Positions 48,550 through 57,675 of a stretch of DNA of 64,000 nucleotides are shown here, in pieces. Position numbers and translations under genes: made by a program. The stretch is from Shigella phage ESh33. The DNA lies in the sequence record ON528743; one strand, given 5' to 3'. The notes beneath the pieces are model-generated. The model made no database searches. It had not been told where the DNA came from and saw only the letters and a program-made list of their open reading frames with translations. Position 1 is the first letter of the stretch; each line of letters opens with the position of its first letter.

Positions 48550-49071
48550 ATGTTTATTTCAAGTGGAAGTGGTTTAATTCGTGTTGAATTTAAAAATGAC
48601 ATCTTTCTTATTCAAGGAGATGATATTATTAAAATGAGTTATGACGAAATCAAGAAAATTTGTCATGCTCTTGAAAGTCATGGAAAAGTGAACGCTGTTA
48701 TTGATATTGGCGATTTATGGGTGACACTTTATGAAGTATCCGAAGGATTTAACATTGAAGATGAAAATAACATTTTAGCTATTGATAAAAGAAGTGATTT
48801 GTTTGATGTATTAAAAGTTTATGAACAGTCAAATGGCGGAAGAAAAGCTGCATTGATTTATCAAAAACCGCATTCATGTGGAACTGCTTCAATCATTTCA
48901 AATATTGAAGATGAAGTTGATACTTATATGTGTGTTTTAAAAGCTGGTGGTGACCGTCATCCGGATTTTATTTCTATTCGTCAAAACAATGGAGAAATTT
49001 CATTATCAAAATCAGAAGCTGAAGCTATGATTAAGTATTTAACAACTGTTACGCCTTCAATGAAAGGATAA
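48550..49071 (+). CDS. hypothetical protein, 173 aa (paralog of previous gene)
   Basis: Shares IFLIQGDDIIKMSYDEIKKI and IRQNNGEISLSKSEAEAMIKYL modules with 48001-48543. Confidence 0.55.
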   Translation: MFISSGSGLIRVEFKNDIFLIQGDDIIKMSYDEIKKICHALESHGKVNAVIDIGDLWVTLYEVSEGFNIEDENNILAIDKRSDLFDVLKVYEQSNGGRKAALIYQKPHSCGTASIISNIEDEVDTYMCVLKAGGDRHPDFISIRQNNGEISLSKSEAEAMIKYLTTVTPSMKG

Positions 49072-49073
49072 TT

Positions 49074-49535
49074 ATGATTATTAATGAAAACGCTTGGCAC
49101 TATAAATTATTCAAATTGTTTAACGATGAATGGCAACGACCTAAGACACTATGCGCATATTTTTGGTCTATTGCCATTCCTACATTTTTCGTTTCTATTT
49201 TTGGATGTGCTATACTCGTAGGGCTAACAATTATTTGTGCAGAAAGCCTACAACGTTGGCTTATTTTCGGTAGTTTATGGACTCTTATTCCATCAGCATT
49301 TATACTTGCCATTTTGTTTGTTTTACTTATTATTGGTTCATTTGTTATTCCTGCACAACTGCATGAAAAATATAAAGATTATAAATGGAAAAAGGATTAT
49401 GCTTTACATGTAGAAAATATTGATAGGGCGTATAAGGGTTTACCTCCTATTCAACCCAAGAAATCTATTATCGTCGAATTTTTAAAAGCGCGTAAAGCTA
49501 AAGTATGTCCTGTTATTGAATATAAGGCTGAATGA
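49074..49535 (+). CDS. membrane protein, 153 aa
   Basis: Two long hydrophobic segments. Confidence 0.5.
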   Translation: MIINENAWHYKLFKLFNDEWQRPKTLCAYFWSIAIPTFFVSIFGCAILVGLTIICAESLQRWLIFGSLWTLIPSAFILAILFVLLIIGSFVIPAQLHEKYKDYKWKKDYALHVENIDRAYKGLPPIQPKKSIIVEFLKARKAKVCPVIEYKAE

Positions 49536-50545
49536 TGAAAACAGTAATGAAAAGCTATTTTGGTAGTCATCTTTATGGAACTTCTACCCCAGAATCTGAT
49601 GTAGATTTTAAAGAAATCTTTGTTCCTCCTGCTCGTGATATTCTTATCGGAAATGTTAAAGAGCATATGAGTAAAAACACTAACAACACATCATCTAAAA
49701 ACACTAAAGATGATATTGACCATGAACTATACAGTCTTAAATATTTCTTTAAATTAGCAGCAGATGGTGAAACTGTAGCATTGGATATGCTCCACACTCC
49801 GCCGGAACTAGTGGTTAAATCTGATTTGCCTGATGTATGGAAATTTATCCAAGACAATCGTTCACGGTTTTATACAACTAACATGAAATCCTATTTAGGA
49901 TATGTCCGCAAGCAAGCTTCTAAATACGGTGTCAAGGGTTCTCGTTTGGCCGCATTACGTGATGTATTGAAAGTAGTTAATCAAATCCCTGACCAGTGGG
50001 TCGACTATCAAGAAGGAATCCCTGATAGACTTCGTCGTACTAAGGTAGAAGATATCAAACACAGACTCCCTGAAAACGAGTTCTGTGAATGGGTGTTCCA
50101 TAATCACGAGAAAACAGGCCCGCAAACGTTCTACACTGTGTTGGGTCGTAAATATCAGACAACACTTTCTCTTATTGAGCTTAAGCAGTCACTGAACAAA
50201 TTAGATGCTGAATATGGTGAACGTGCTCGTAAAGCCGAAGCTAATGAAGGTATTGATTGGAAAGCTCTGAGTCATGCTTGTCGTGGTGGACTTCAACTAT
50301 TGGAAATTTACAAAACTGGTGACTTGATTTATCCACTCCAAGATGCTCCATTTATTCTCGACGTGAAGTTGGGTAAGCATCCATTTAAAACAGTTCAAGA
50401 GTTTTTGGAAGATGTGGTCGATCAAGTAGAAGCAGCATCTACTGAAGCTTCTAAGAACGGTATGCAGCAAAAAGTAGACATGAGTTTCTGGGATGACTTC
50501 CTTGAGAAGGTCTATCTTGAAAACCACCGAAGTTATTATAAATGA
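49532..50545 (+). CDS. nucleotidyltransferase-fold (Pol-beta superfamily) protein, 337 aa
   Basis: N-terminal motif FGSHLYGTSTPESDVDF (hG[GS]-x10-DxD) plus downstream VALDML acidic strand; ATGATGA overlap with previous gene. Confidence 0.6.
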   Translation: MMKTVMKSYFGSHLYGTSTPESDVDFKEIFVPPARDILIGNVKEHMSKNTNNTSSKNTKDDIDHELYSLKYFFKLAADGETVALDMLHTPPELVVKSDLPDVWKFIQDNRSRFYTTNMKSYLGYVRKQASKYGVKGSRLAALRDVLKVVNQIPDQWVDYQEGIPDRLRRTKVEDIKHRLPENEFCEWVFHNHEKTGPQTFYTVLGRKYQTTLSLIELKQSLNKLDAEYGERARKAEANEGIDWKALSHACRGGLQLLEIYKTGDLIYPLQDAPFILDVKLGKHPFKTVQEFLEDVVDQVEAASTEASKNGMQQKVDMSFWDDFLEKVYLENHRSYYK

Positions 50546-50547
50546 TA

Positions 50548-50571
50548 GGGAGCCTTCGGGCTCCCTTTTTT
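50548..50571 (+). terminator. intrinsic terminator (GGGAGCC-TTCG-GGCTCCC + TTTTTT)
   Basis: Perfect 7-bp GC stem, TTCG loop, 6 T. Confidence 0.75.
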
Positions 50572-50595
50572 ATTTCAAAAATTTTTCACAAAACT

Positions 50596-50625
50596 GTTTA
50601 CAAGCATAAAGCTTTATGGTACTAT
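50596..50625 (+). promoter_or_regulatory. early promoter (GTTTAC N18 TACTAT) with AAAAATTTTTCACAAAAC upstream element
   Basis: Near-identical to the cassette at 35163-35192. Confidence 0.55.
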
Positions 50626-50663
50626 ACAACTATCAAAACAAATGAGTAAATTGGAGATACAAA

Positions 50664-50864
50664 ATGACTACTTTGAATAAACGTTTCGGTAAAGCTAAAT
50701 CTGGTTGTGCAGCTGAACGTCGTTATGTTTTCGCTCAGTTAGAAGATGTAGAGTATCAGATTAATCAAGTTCACATTACTGGTATCGAGCCTATGTGTGG
50801 CCTTGAAGCTCTTCGTGAAGTTCGTGACGGGTATCGTCGTGACATCGAAGAAATGTCAAAATAA
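50664..50864 (+). CDS. small hypothetical protein, 66 aa
   Basis: ATG after RBS TGGAGATACAAA. Confidence 0.45.
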   Translation: MTTLNKRFGKAKSGCAAERRYVFAQLEDVEYQINQVHITGIEPMCGLEALREVRDGYRRDIEEMSK

Positions 50865-50873
50865 GTATACAAA

Positions 50874-50905
50874 CTGATAGGACTATGTTATAGTAGTCCT
50901 ATCAA
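50874..50905 (+). repeat. inverted repeat CTGATAGGACTA-TGTTATAG-TAGTCCTATCAA (second copy of the 31229 palindrome, with compensatory changes)
   Basis: Arms complementary at 11 of 12 positions; A-to-G / T-to-C change relative to copy 1 keeps pairing; lies before the AAA+ ATPase gene. Confidence 0.75.
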
Positions 50906-50921
50906 ATCAAAGGAGAATAAA

Positions 50922-51890
50922 ATGAAAACTGTAACTATCAATAAGGGTATCTACTTTGGCAAAGAAATCTCTGGAACTTTTGAGCTCTTAGGCGAATGGT
51001 TCCCAGATAATGCTCCGGTAGATGCGCAAGGAGATGGTAAAGTTTTTGTTGAAATTGACGGTAAACGTCGCGGTGTTTGGGTTTACAAATCAGACATTTC
51101 ATATGATGGTGTAAAAGTTGAAGAAGTTAAAGAATCATATGAAGATATGAAAACCCGCATTAATAAAAGATTTAATGTTATGGGAATGATGACGAATGGT
51201 ATTATTAACGGAAACATTCGTTCATTAATTATCTCTGGTGCGGCGGGTATTGGTAAAACGTATTCTTTAGATAAAGCTTTAAATAAAGCAAATGATATTG
51301 GATACATTGAATATAAAAGCATTAACGGTAAAATCTCCGGTATCGGTCTTTATGAACAGCTTTGGAATAATCGTGAAGAGAATTCTGTCCTTTTGATTGA
51401 TGATGTGGATGTTTTCTCTGATATGGACATTCTTAATCTTCTGAAAGCTGCTCTGGACACTGGAGAGACCCGTAAAGTCTGCTGGAGCACCGCATCTTCT
51501 TACTTAGAAGAAAAAGGCATTGAGCGTGAGTTTGAATTTAAAGGAACGATTGTTTTTATCACAAACGTTGACATTGACCGCGAATTAGACCGTGGTACTA
51601 AACTTGCTCCACATTTACAAGCATTAGTGTCCCGCTCAGTTTATTTGGATTTGGGTGTTCACACTAATGAAGAAATTATGGTCAGGGTTGAAGATGTTAT
51701 TCTTTCAACTGACATGATGCAAAAGCGCGGTCTTTCTGATGAAGAAACTTATAAAGCATTATCATGGATGAAAGTCAATGTTAATCGTTTACGCAATGTT
51801 TCACTGCGTACTGCTCTTTATCTTGCTGACTTTATTATGACCGACAAAAATGGTTGGGAAGAAATTGCTGAGGTTACTCTTCTGAAATAA
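50922..51890 (+). CDS. AAA+/P-loop ATPase, 322 aa
   Basis: Walker A ISGAAGIGKTY, Walker B VLLIDDVD, sensor-like IVFITNVD. Confidence 0.6.
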   Translation: MKTVTINKGIYFGKEISGTFELLGEWFPDNAPVDAQGDGKVFVEIDGKRRGVWVYKSDISYDGVKVEEVKESYEDMKTRINKRFNVMGMMTNGIINGNIRSLIISGAAGIGKTYSLDKALNKANDIGYIEYKSINGKISGIGLYEQLWNNREENSVLLIDDVDVFSDMDILNLLKAALDTGETRKVCWSTASSYLEEKGIEREFEFKGTIVFITNVDIDRELDRGTKLAPHLQALVSRSVYLDLGVHTNEEIMVRVEDVILSTDMMQKRGLSDEETYKALSWMKVNVNRLRNVSLRTALYLADFIMTDKNGWEEIAEVTLLK

Positions 51891-51988
51891 TTCATAAGAG
51901 GCCTTCTATGACAAAAAGGCAGTTCAGAAATAGATTATATGGACTGCCATCAAAAAGATGACTAGAATTAAACTGGTAAATGGAGGTA

Positions 51989-52294
51989 ATGATGTTATAC
52001 TCAAAGGCTCGTGAAATTTACGAAACTAAAATTAAAGAAGCAGTATTTCAGTTCGCAACGACAATGCGTTGGACAAATGACTGGGAATACTCCAAGAATC
52101 ATAAGAAGCCCTTGGTGACAAGAAAGGCTCATATGTTAGTGTTAATAGACCGTGAGCAGATTAAAGCCCGAGAAGCCCTCCAGAATCATAAAAAGGCTGC
52201 CTTTGAATGGTTTATGGATAACACTGCTCCTGAGACTAAGAAAGCAGTGAGCGCTTGGTTCAGTGGAAAAAATTGTGAAAGAAGTTTCTTTTAG
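51989..52294 (+). CDS. hypothetical protein, about 101 aa
   Basis: ATG after GGAGG RBS (track start 51980). Confidence 0.45.
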   Translation: MMLYSKAREIYETKIKEAVFQFATTMRWTNDWEYSKNHKKPLVTRKAHMLVLIDREQIKAREALQNHKKAAFEWFMDNTAPETKKAVSAWFSGKNCERSFF

Positions 52295-52296
52295 TT

Positions 52297-52326
52297 GTTT
52301 ACAAGACTGTTCCTCTGTGGTATTAT
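52297..52326 (+). promoter_or_regulatory. early promoter (GTTTAC N18 TATTAT)
   Basis: GTTTAC 52297-52302; TGG TATTAT 52321-52326; leader CAACTATCAACTAC as at 35192. Confidence 0.5.
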
Positions 52327-52354
52327 ACAACTATCAACTACGGAGGAACAGAAA

Positions 52355-52882
52355 ATGAATGCTAAAGATATTTTCAACTTGGTAAACTACAATGATGGTA
52401 AATTTAAATCTGAAGCTCAAAGCAAGTTCTTTAATGATGTCTCAATCGGTGGTGAAATCACGGTTGATGGAGGACAAATTTACAAATCCCGTTGGAATTG
52501 GATCGTTATTATCGATGAGATTGGTATTGTAGAAATTTACAAAAATACGAATAAAAATCGTACATTACACTGGTCTCGTGATACTAACGAACAGTACAAA
52601 AAGGATAAAGCATCTAAATTATCTCGTGTAACTCAAGAAGATATTGAGTTCATCAAGAAAGATATTTTGATGTATGATAACTTAATTGCTGAAGAGCAAG
52701 CTGTTATTGATAAATTTGACGAGATTAAAGCTTCTCGTGAAATTCCTGATTTTATGAAAGAATCAGTAAATGAACGATACACTCTCATTTCAGAGCGTAT
52801 TGAAACTTACAAAAAGCAAAGAGCTGAACGCCAGAATACTCTTCGGAAGTTTGAAGAACGGTTAAAGACGGTACTCGCATAA
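52355..52882 (+). CDS. hypothetical protein with C-terminal coiled coil, 175 aa
   Basis: ATG 52355 after GGAGGAACAGAAA. Confidence 0.5.
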   Translation: MNAKDIFNLVNYNDGKFKSEAQSKFFNDVSIGGEITVDGGQIYKSRWNWIVIIDEIGIVEIYKNTNKNRTLHWSRDTNEQYKKDKASKLSRVTQEDIEFIKKDILMYDNLIAEEQAVIDKFDEIKASREIPDFMKESVNERYTLISERIETYKKQRAERQNTLRKFEERLKTVLA

Positions 52883-52937
52883 CCGCTTTATACCAAGGAT
52901 GGTATAATGGTTCTAAGCCCTTTTAATTGAGATTATT

Positions 52938-53339
52938 ATGAAACAGTTGATAATTAAAAGATTGAATTTATTGATATGTTGTTTATGTATAGTAGTTGCA
53001 TATGGTTATTATGCTATTAATGATTATATGCATTATAAAGATTATGATGTTACTGTAGTTAATACCCTTACAGGAACTCAAGGAAAGGGGTCTAGTTTAT
53101 CGTTTATTGCTGTATATGAGCTGAATGATGGTTATAGATTTAGCGAATATATTTCACCAGAGATGTATTCGTCAATAGAAAAAGGTGATAATATTACTGT
53201 AAGTTTACGTCCTTTCGACGTAAAACAGACATTGTTTGATAATATCGTTTGGTTCTTTGGAATGGTATTAGTTCAATCTATATGCGGTGCTTATATAGTC
53301 TTTTCCATCATATTCTGTATATTTAGTAAAATTGAGTGA
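52938..53339 (+). CDS. membrane protein, 133 aa
   Basis: N- and C-terminal hydrophobic helices. Confidence 0.5.
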   Translation: MKQLIIKRLNLLICCLCIVVAYGYYAINDYMHYKDYDVTVVNTLTGTQGKGSSLSFIAVYELNDGYRFSEYISPEMYSSIEKGDNITVSLRPFDVKQTLFDNIVWFFGMVLVQSICGAYIVFSIIFCIFSKIE

Positions 53340-53346
53340 GGAAAAT

Positions 53347-54234
53347 ATGTCAGTAGTAATTAATAATGTTAATGCAGTAATTAAATCTTTAGTTAATAAA
53401 AAATTGAATGAATGGACTGTACTTCGTCGTGGAGAGCCAGATAAATTTTTTCATAGATTTAACCCAACTTTGGATTTGAATGTTATTGACAGAGATGTTC
53501 ATGCAGAAATTTTAGATAAGTTTAAAGTTGATATTGGATTTGGATTAGAAAAACATTTACAGCGAACAAACGGGTCTGGAATGGGTTTATCTAATCGCAT
53601 TATGAAAGCCCTTAATAAAATTGGAGCATTGTCTCGTATTAATGCAAGTGAAATTCTTCGCAATTATAATAAAGGATATGACCTTTATGGTCGACTAATG
53701 CCAAAATTATCATTCGATCAAATGATTGAGGATTTGTGGGAAAATCAACGACGATTATTAGCATTAGGCGCTCGATTAGCTAAAGGTCTAGATAAACAAA
53801 TGATTTTTAAGACCAATAATACAGAAGACCTTAAATGCTTTAAATTTAGTATTCGCGGCGATGATTATTACGTCAGAGCTCGCTCTACAGATTATGTTAA
53901 TATGGGGCATCATCTCTGTTTAGCTTTTGAAGTTTTAAAAGAAGCTGGAACATTAGAATATTCATCTGGTGCAAAATGCCCGATTGGTTCAAGTTGTATT
54001 TTAATTTATCGCCCGGATGAATCCAGTTCAACTAAATTGCCTACAAACCCTGTACCAGTTCGTAGTAACGAAAAACATTCTGAGCAAATTGATTATTTTA
54101 ATAAGCAAATTGAAGAGCTGAATATTTCTATTCAACAGTATGACGATGAAATTTTCAGACTATCTGGATTGAGTAGTAAAGCTAAATCTGAGCGTGAAAA
54201 ATTAATTAAAATTGTTGATTTACTTAAATCTTAA
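53347..54234 (+). CDS. paralog family member A (coiled-coil C-terminus), 295 aa
   Basis: ATG 53347 after GAGTGAGGAAAAT; motif RLLALGARLAKGLD; C-terminal coiled coil. Confidence 0.55.
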   Translation: MSVVINNVNAVIKSLVNKKLNEWTVLRRGEPDKFFHRFNPTLDLNVIDRDVHAEILDKFKVDIGFGLEKHLQRTNGSGMGLSNRIMKALNKIGALSRINASEILRNYNKGYDLYGRLMPKLSFDQMIEDLWENQRRLLALGARLAKGLDKQMIFKTNNTEDLKCFKFSIRGDDYYVRARSTDYVNMGHHLCLAFEVLKEAGTLEYSSGAKCPIGSSCILIYRPDESSSTKLPTNPVPVRSNEKHSEQIDYFNKQIEELNISIQQYDDEIFRLSGLSSKAKSEREKLIKIVDLLKS

Positions 54235-54242
54235 GGAACACT

Positions 54243-55247
54243 ATGAAAACTCGTTCTCAAATTGAAGATATGGTTCGTAATGCCAGCTATACCCGTAATG
54301 TTATGACATTTTTGTGCCAAAATAATTTAGACCCTGATAAAGTTAATCGTGATATTCACTTTAAGTATATGAATAGCAGTGAATGGTTACGTCATTTTAG
54401 TAAAGCGGGATATATTACACAAATGACTGCTCGTGAGCAGCTCACCGATTTCTGTAAAACTATTGATTATAAAAATCCTCTATTTGTTCAAGGCGTTGGT
54501 CAGAGTAAGGTTGATTTATCAACAGGATTTTTTAATCCAAATCATTATCGTATTGAATGGAGATTTATTGCTCTATTTCGTAAACAATTAAAGCAAATTT
54601 TGTCTACTGCTAGTCGATTAAAGGGCTCTGATATTAACTTAAAGAATCTGAAATTTGATGGTTATACTCTTCAGATGGAAGTAAGACCATTAAAAGAAAA
54701 TAATAGAACTGCACGAATTAGCTTTAAACCTAGTACTAAAAATTCTCTTTCAATTTGTGAATGTCTTAAATCACAGTTGACAGAAGCATTTAAGTATATG
54801 GATGTTGTTTCTGCTGTTCAGTCTAAGATTTCGCAGCATTTCGAACGATTTAAATTAGATACGACAACATATGAACTTGATATGATCGTTTCATTTAAAT
54901 ATGATTTTTTGAGAAAGGACGAAGTTACACAAGAGAAAAAACCTGAACCCCAAACTAATTACTCATCAAACGATCCTAAATTTTGGATGTATAGTTCAGG
55001 TAATAATGATGCATGGAAATTCAATAAAGTGAATTTTCTTCCTGTTGAAAATCCGAGTCTTAAACCTGTTGAAAAATGGCACGCGGATGCGATTGAGAAG
55101 TCTATCAAGGCAGTAGATGATGAACTCGTTAAAGCAACTAATGAAGTGTTAGAAGCTGAAAAGATGCTAGAAAAAGCTCAAGAAAAAGTAAAAAATCTCA
55201 CGAAGCAACGTTCTAAATTGAACAACGCACTAAATGCACTAAACTAG
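54243..55247 (+). CDS. paralog family member B, 334 aa
   Basis: Motif RIEWRFIALFRKQLKQILSTASRLKGSD; C-terminal coiled coil ending LNNALNALN. Confidence 0.55.
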   Translation: MKTRSQIEDMVRNASYTRNVMTFLCQNNLDPDKVNRDIHFKYMNSSEWLRHFSKAGYITQMTAREQLTDFCKTIDYKNPLFVQGVGQSKVDLSTGFFNPNHYRIEWRFIALFRKQLKQILSTASRLKGSDINLKNLKFDGYTLQMEVRPLKENNRTARISFKPSTKNSLSICECLKSQLTEAFKYMDVVSAVQSKISQHFERFKLDTTTYELDMIVSFKYDFLRKDEVTQEKKPEPQTNYSSNDPKFWMYSSGNNDAWKFNKVNFLPVENPSLKPVEKWHADAIEKSIKAVDDELVKATNEVLEAEKMLEKAQEKVKNLTKQRSKLNNALNALN

Positions 55248-55276
55248 TTTACTTCGCCACAAGGATGTGGTATAAT
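55247..55276 (+). promoter_or_regulatory. early promoter (GTTTAC N18 TATAAT)
   Basis: GTTTAC 55247-55252; TGTGG TATAAT 55271-55276. Confidence 0.55.
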
Positions 55277-55304
55277 GTTCTTACTTTCTACTGAGGAGAT
55301 TAAT

Positions 55305-56306
55305 ATGACTCGCAACGAATATATTAAATCGTTCAACAGCGTTATTGATGATAAAGTTAAACCTATGTCTAGTCAGAATAGTGTGATTTCTATTATCAAT
55401 CAATGGCTCAATAATACTGATGCAAGTATTGTTTCTTCCGGCAAATTTATTCATGAAGTTCGTGAAATTTCTAGTCGTACAGATAAAGATGACATTAAGA
55501 AAACCTTTAAAGGGTCTCGTCTTCTTTCATACTTAGTCAACAGAGATATTCTTAGTAAATTTGGGAAAGAAATTAAACGAACTAAAGATGTAGTAGGATA
55601 TAATTGGTTCGGTGATGTTAATTCTTATCATCTTAATAATAAAGAATACCCTGAGAATATTTTTACTCGTCGTTGGATTAGTAATTTCAGACTTTTCAAA
55701 GGACAAATTCTAAAATCAGCTTCTAAATTATGTTATGGCGATTATCGTCAAATTCATCCTTTGGCTTCTGATATGATTATCGTAAAAGAATATGAGCTTG
55801 ATGAAAATAAAGTAGCTATTTTTGTGAATTATGGATTTTTTACACCAAACGCTAACCAAAAGAATATTAATAAATTTTTCTCAATTGCTAGCACTATAAC
55901 TTATCAATTAGAGGCGGTTTTGGGCTGTATGGAAACTGTAAAAAGTATTCATACATATCCTTTCAAAAATATGTGTGGTTGGGAAGGATATAAAATTATA
56001 ATTAGCCTTCGTGAAGTAAAGTGTGCGTGCTCATCGACTGATAAAGAAATTTACCAACAAAAATGTGATGAAATTGTGAATACTCCTAAAGAAGAAACTA
56101 CCCTTGAAGAACTAATGGAATGTCTTGACGATTCACCTGAACCGATAGAAATTCGTCCAGAAGTTATTGCACTAGAAAAAGCTTATAAAGAAGCTCTAGA
56201 AATTTCTAATAAAGCACAGAAAGAATATGAGAAGGCTAAAAGGATTTGGGAAGAATCTGTTAATCGCCTGGATCGTCTTGAACAAGCTTTACAGTTAATT
56301 AAGTAA
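55305..56306 (+). CDS. paralog family member C, 333 aa
   Basis: ATG 55305 after GAGGAG (the track ATG at 55275 lies inside the -10 box); motif RRWISNFRLFKGQILKSASKLCYGDY; coiled-coil C-terminus. Confidence 0.55.
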   Translation: MTRNEYIKSFNSVIDDKVKPMSSQNSVISIINQWLNNTDASIVSSGKFIHEVREISSRTDKDDIKKTFKGSRLLSYLVNRDILSKFGKEIKRTKDVVGYNWFGDVNSYHLNNKEYPENIFTRRWISNFRLFKGQILKSASKLCYGDYRQIHPLASDMIIVKEYELDENKVAIFVNYGFFTPNANQKNINKFFSIASTITYQLEAVLGCMETVKSIHTYPFKNMCGWEGYKIIISLREVKCACSSTDKEIYQQKCDEIVNTPKEETTLEELMECLDDSPEPIEIRPEVIALEKAYKEALEISNKAQKEYEKAKRIWEESVNRLDRLEQALQLIK

Positions 56307-56358
56307 TTTAAAGCCAAGGATGGCTCGGAGTATAAACCATTAACCAAGTGAGAAGAAT

Positions 56359-57288
56359 ATGAAAACTCGTAAACATTATATTGATTATTTTGACAGTCTT
56401 ATTACTAAACACCGTAATTATCAGATCGGGCACAGAACAGTAATCAATAATATTCTTCGTGATTTCCTTCAATATGTTGGTCAGGAAAATCATATCTGTA
56501 AAGATACTCAAAACGCTTATTCTCATTCGTTAGGCAATTTGCTTGAATGGTTTAAACGTTCTCGTATGTTATCTTCTACTGTAGCTCATGAGAACATTAA
56601 AAACTTTATGAAGCCGAGCTTCATTAAATCTGAGACATCTATAACCGATTTGGTTGAATTTACTATTGTTAATGATGTTAAAAAGACTCATTTGGCTGAT
56701 TGGTTTTCTACCATTCCTGAAACTAATTTTGCTGATAAATTTGCTTGTCAATTCAATGACCAAGTGAATATGCTTTTTAAGCATGCTCGCAAACTATTTA
56801 CCGCGGGCGATGACCGTACAAATACAGTTCATGTTAAGGACTGGGTTATTGCTGATGAAGTAACACATAAGCCAGGTGGTTCATCAGTATTAATTAATAT
56901 CCAGGTTCCTTATTATTACTCACGTAATCTTGGCACCATGACAGCTAAAGAAATTAATAAGCACAACAAAACTATTCGTTCGTTATCTTATAAACTCCGC
57001 ATGATGTTAAAAATCATGGACGTAGTAGAAATGTATGACGAAACCGAAGATAATGGTTCAATGTTATACAGTTCACGCATTTTAATTAAACTGAAGAACC
57101 CTAATACATATAAGACAGTTGTAAAAGAGCCTAAAGTAGAAAAGATTGATAACTTGAGCGAAGAACGTGAATACCTCAAATCTCGACTAGTTGAAGTTGA
57201 AGCTCAGATTGCCGAACACACTAAATTGTTAAAAGCTCTTAATGCAAAAGCAAATGGTTTACGTAATGCTATTGAGGTATTGAAATGA
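56359..57288 (+). CDS. paralog family member D, 309 aa
   Basis: Motif NMLFKHARKLFTAGDD; coiled-coil C-terminus ending LRNAIEVLK. Confidence 0.55.
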   Translation: MKTRKHYIDYFDSLITKHRNYQIGHRTVINNILRDFLQYVGQENHICKDTQNAYSHSLGNLLEWFKRSRMLSSTVAHENIKNFMKPSFIKSETSITDLVEFTIVNDVKKTHLADWFSTIPETNFADKFACQFNDQVNMLFKHARKLFTAGDDRTNTVHVKDWVIADEVTHKPGGSSVLINIQVPYYYSRNLGTMTAKEINKHNKTIRSLSYKLRMMLKIMDVVEMYDETEDNGSMLYSSRILIKLKNPNTYKTVVKEPKVEKIDNLSEEREYLKSRLVEVEAQIAEHTKLLKALNAKANGLRNAIEVLK

Positions 57289-57674
57289 AAAAGCGTCTAT
57301 TAGAAGATATTGCAGCTTCAAGTAATTCCAGTCTAATTAAAATTATTATGGCTGGTGAAGAAGACGATCTGGAAATGCGCGGAAAGATTCATGGTTGTGA
57401 TGATTTAGATTTTAAACCTCCAGCCTGGGATGCTATTATGGTTATGGTTGAACGTCGCGAAAGGGCTTCTAAAAACGTTCCTAATTGTCCTGAATGCGGT
57501 ACTGAACAAGTTCAATTGATTAACTGGCGTAAACCGGAACTTGAATATAAATGCCGTCATTGCAAACATAAATTTAGTAAGCATGCTCCGGAAATGGTTA
57601 AATTACCTGACTCTACTGAGTTCTTTAAAGAACTTGCGAGTGTTCAACCAATGCCTAATAATATTTTGGATTAA
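57285..57674 (+). CDS. zinc-ribbon protein, 129 aa
   Basis: [31 protein letters not shown] (CPxCG...YxCxxCxxxFS) resembles IS1/IS1595-type N-terminal zinc ribbons; no transposase catalytic domain. Confidence 0.5.
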
Positions 57675-57675
57675 A

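Noticed and set aside
55275-55304. Track start codon ATG at 55275 for paralog C
   Set aside because: That ATG lies inside the promoter -10 box (TATAATG) with no RBS; the ATG at 55305 after GAGGAG is the more plausible start.
57285-57674. Possible transposase or insertion sequence
   Set aside because: Only an IS-type zinc ribbon is present; no DDE/RNase H catalytic domain and no terminal inverted repeats, so not called a mobile element.
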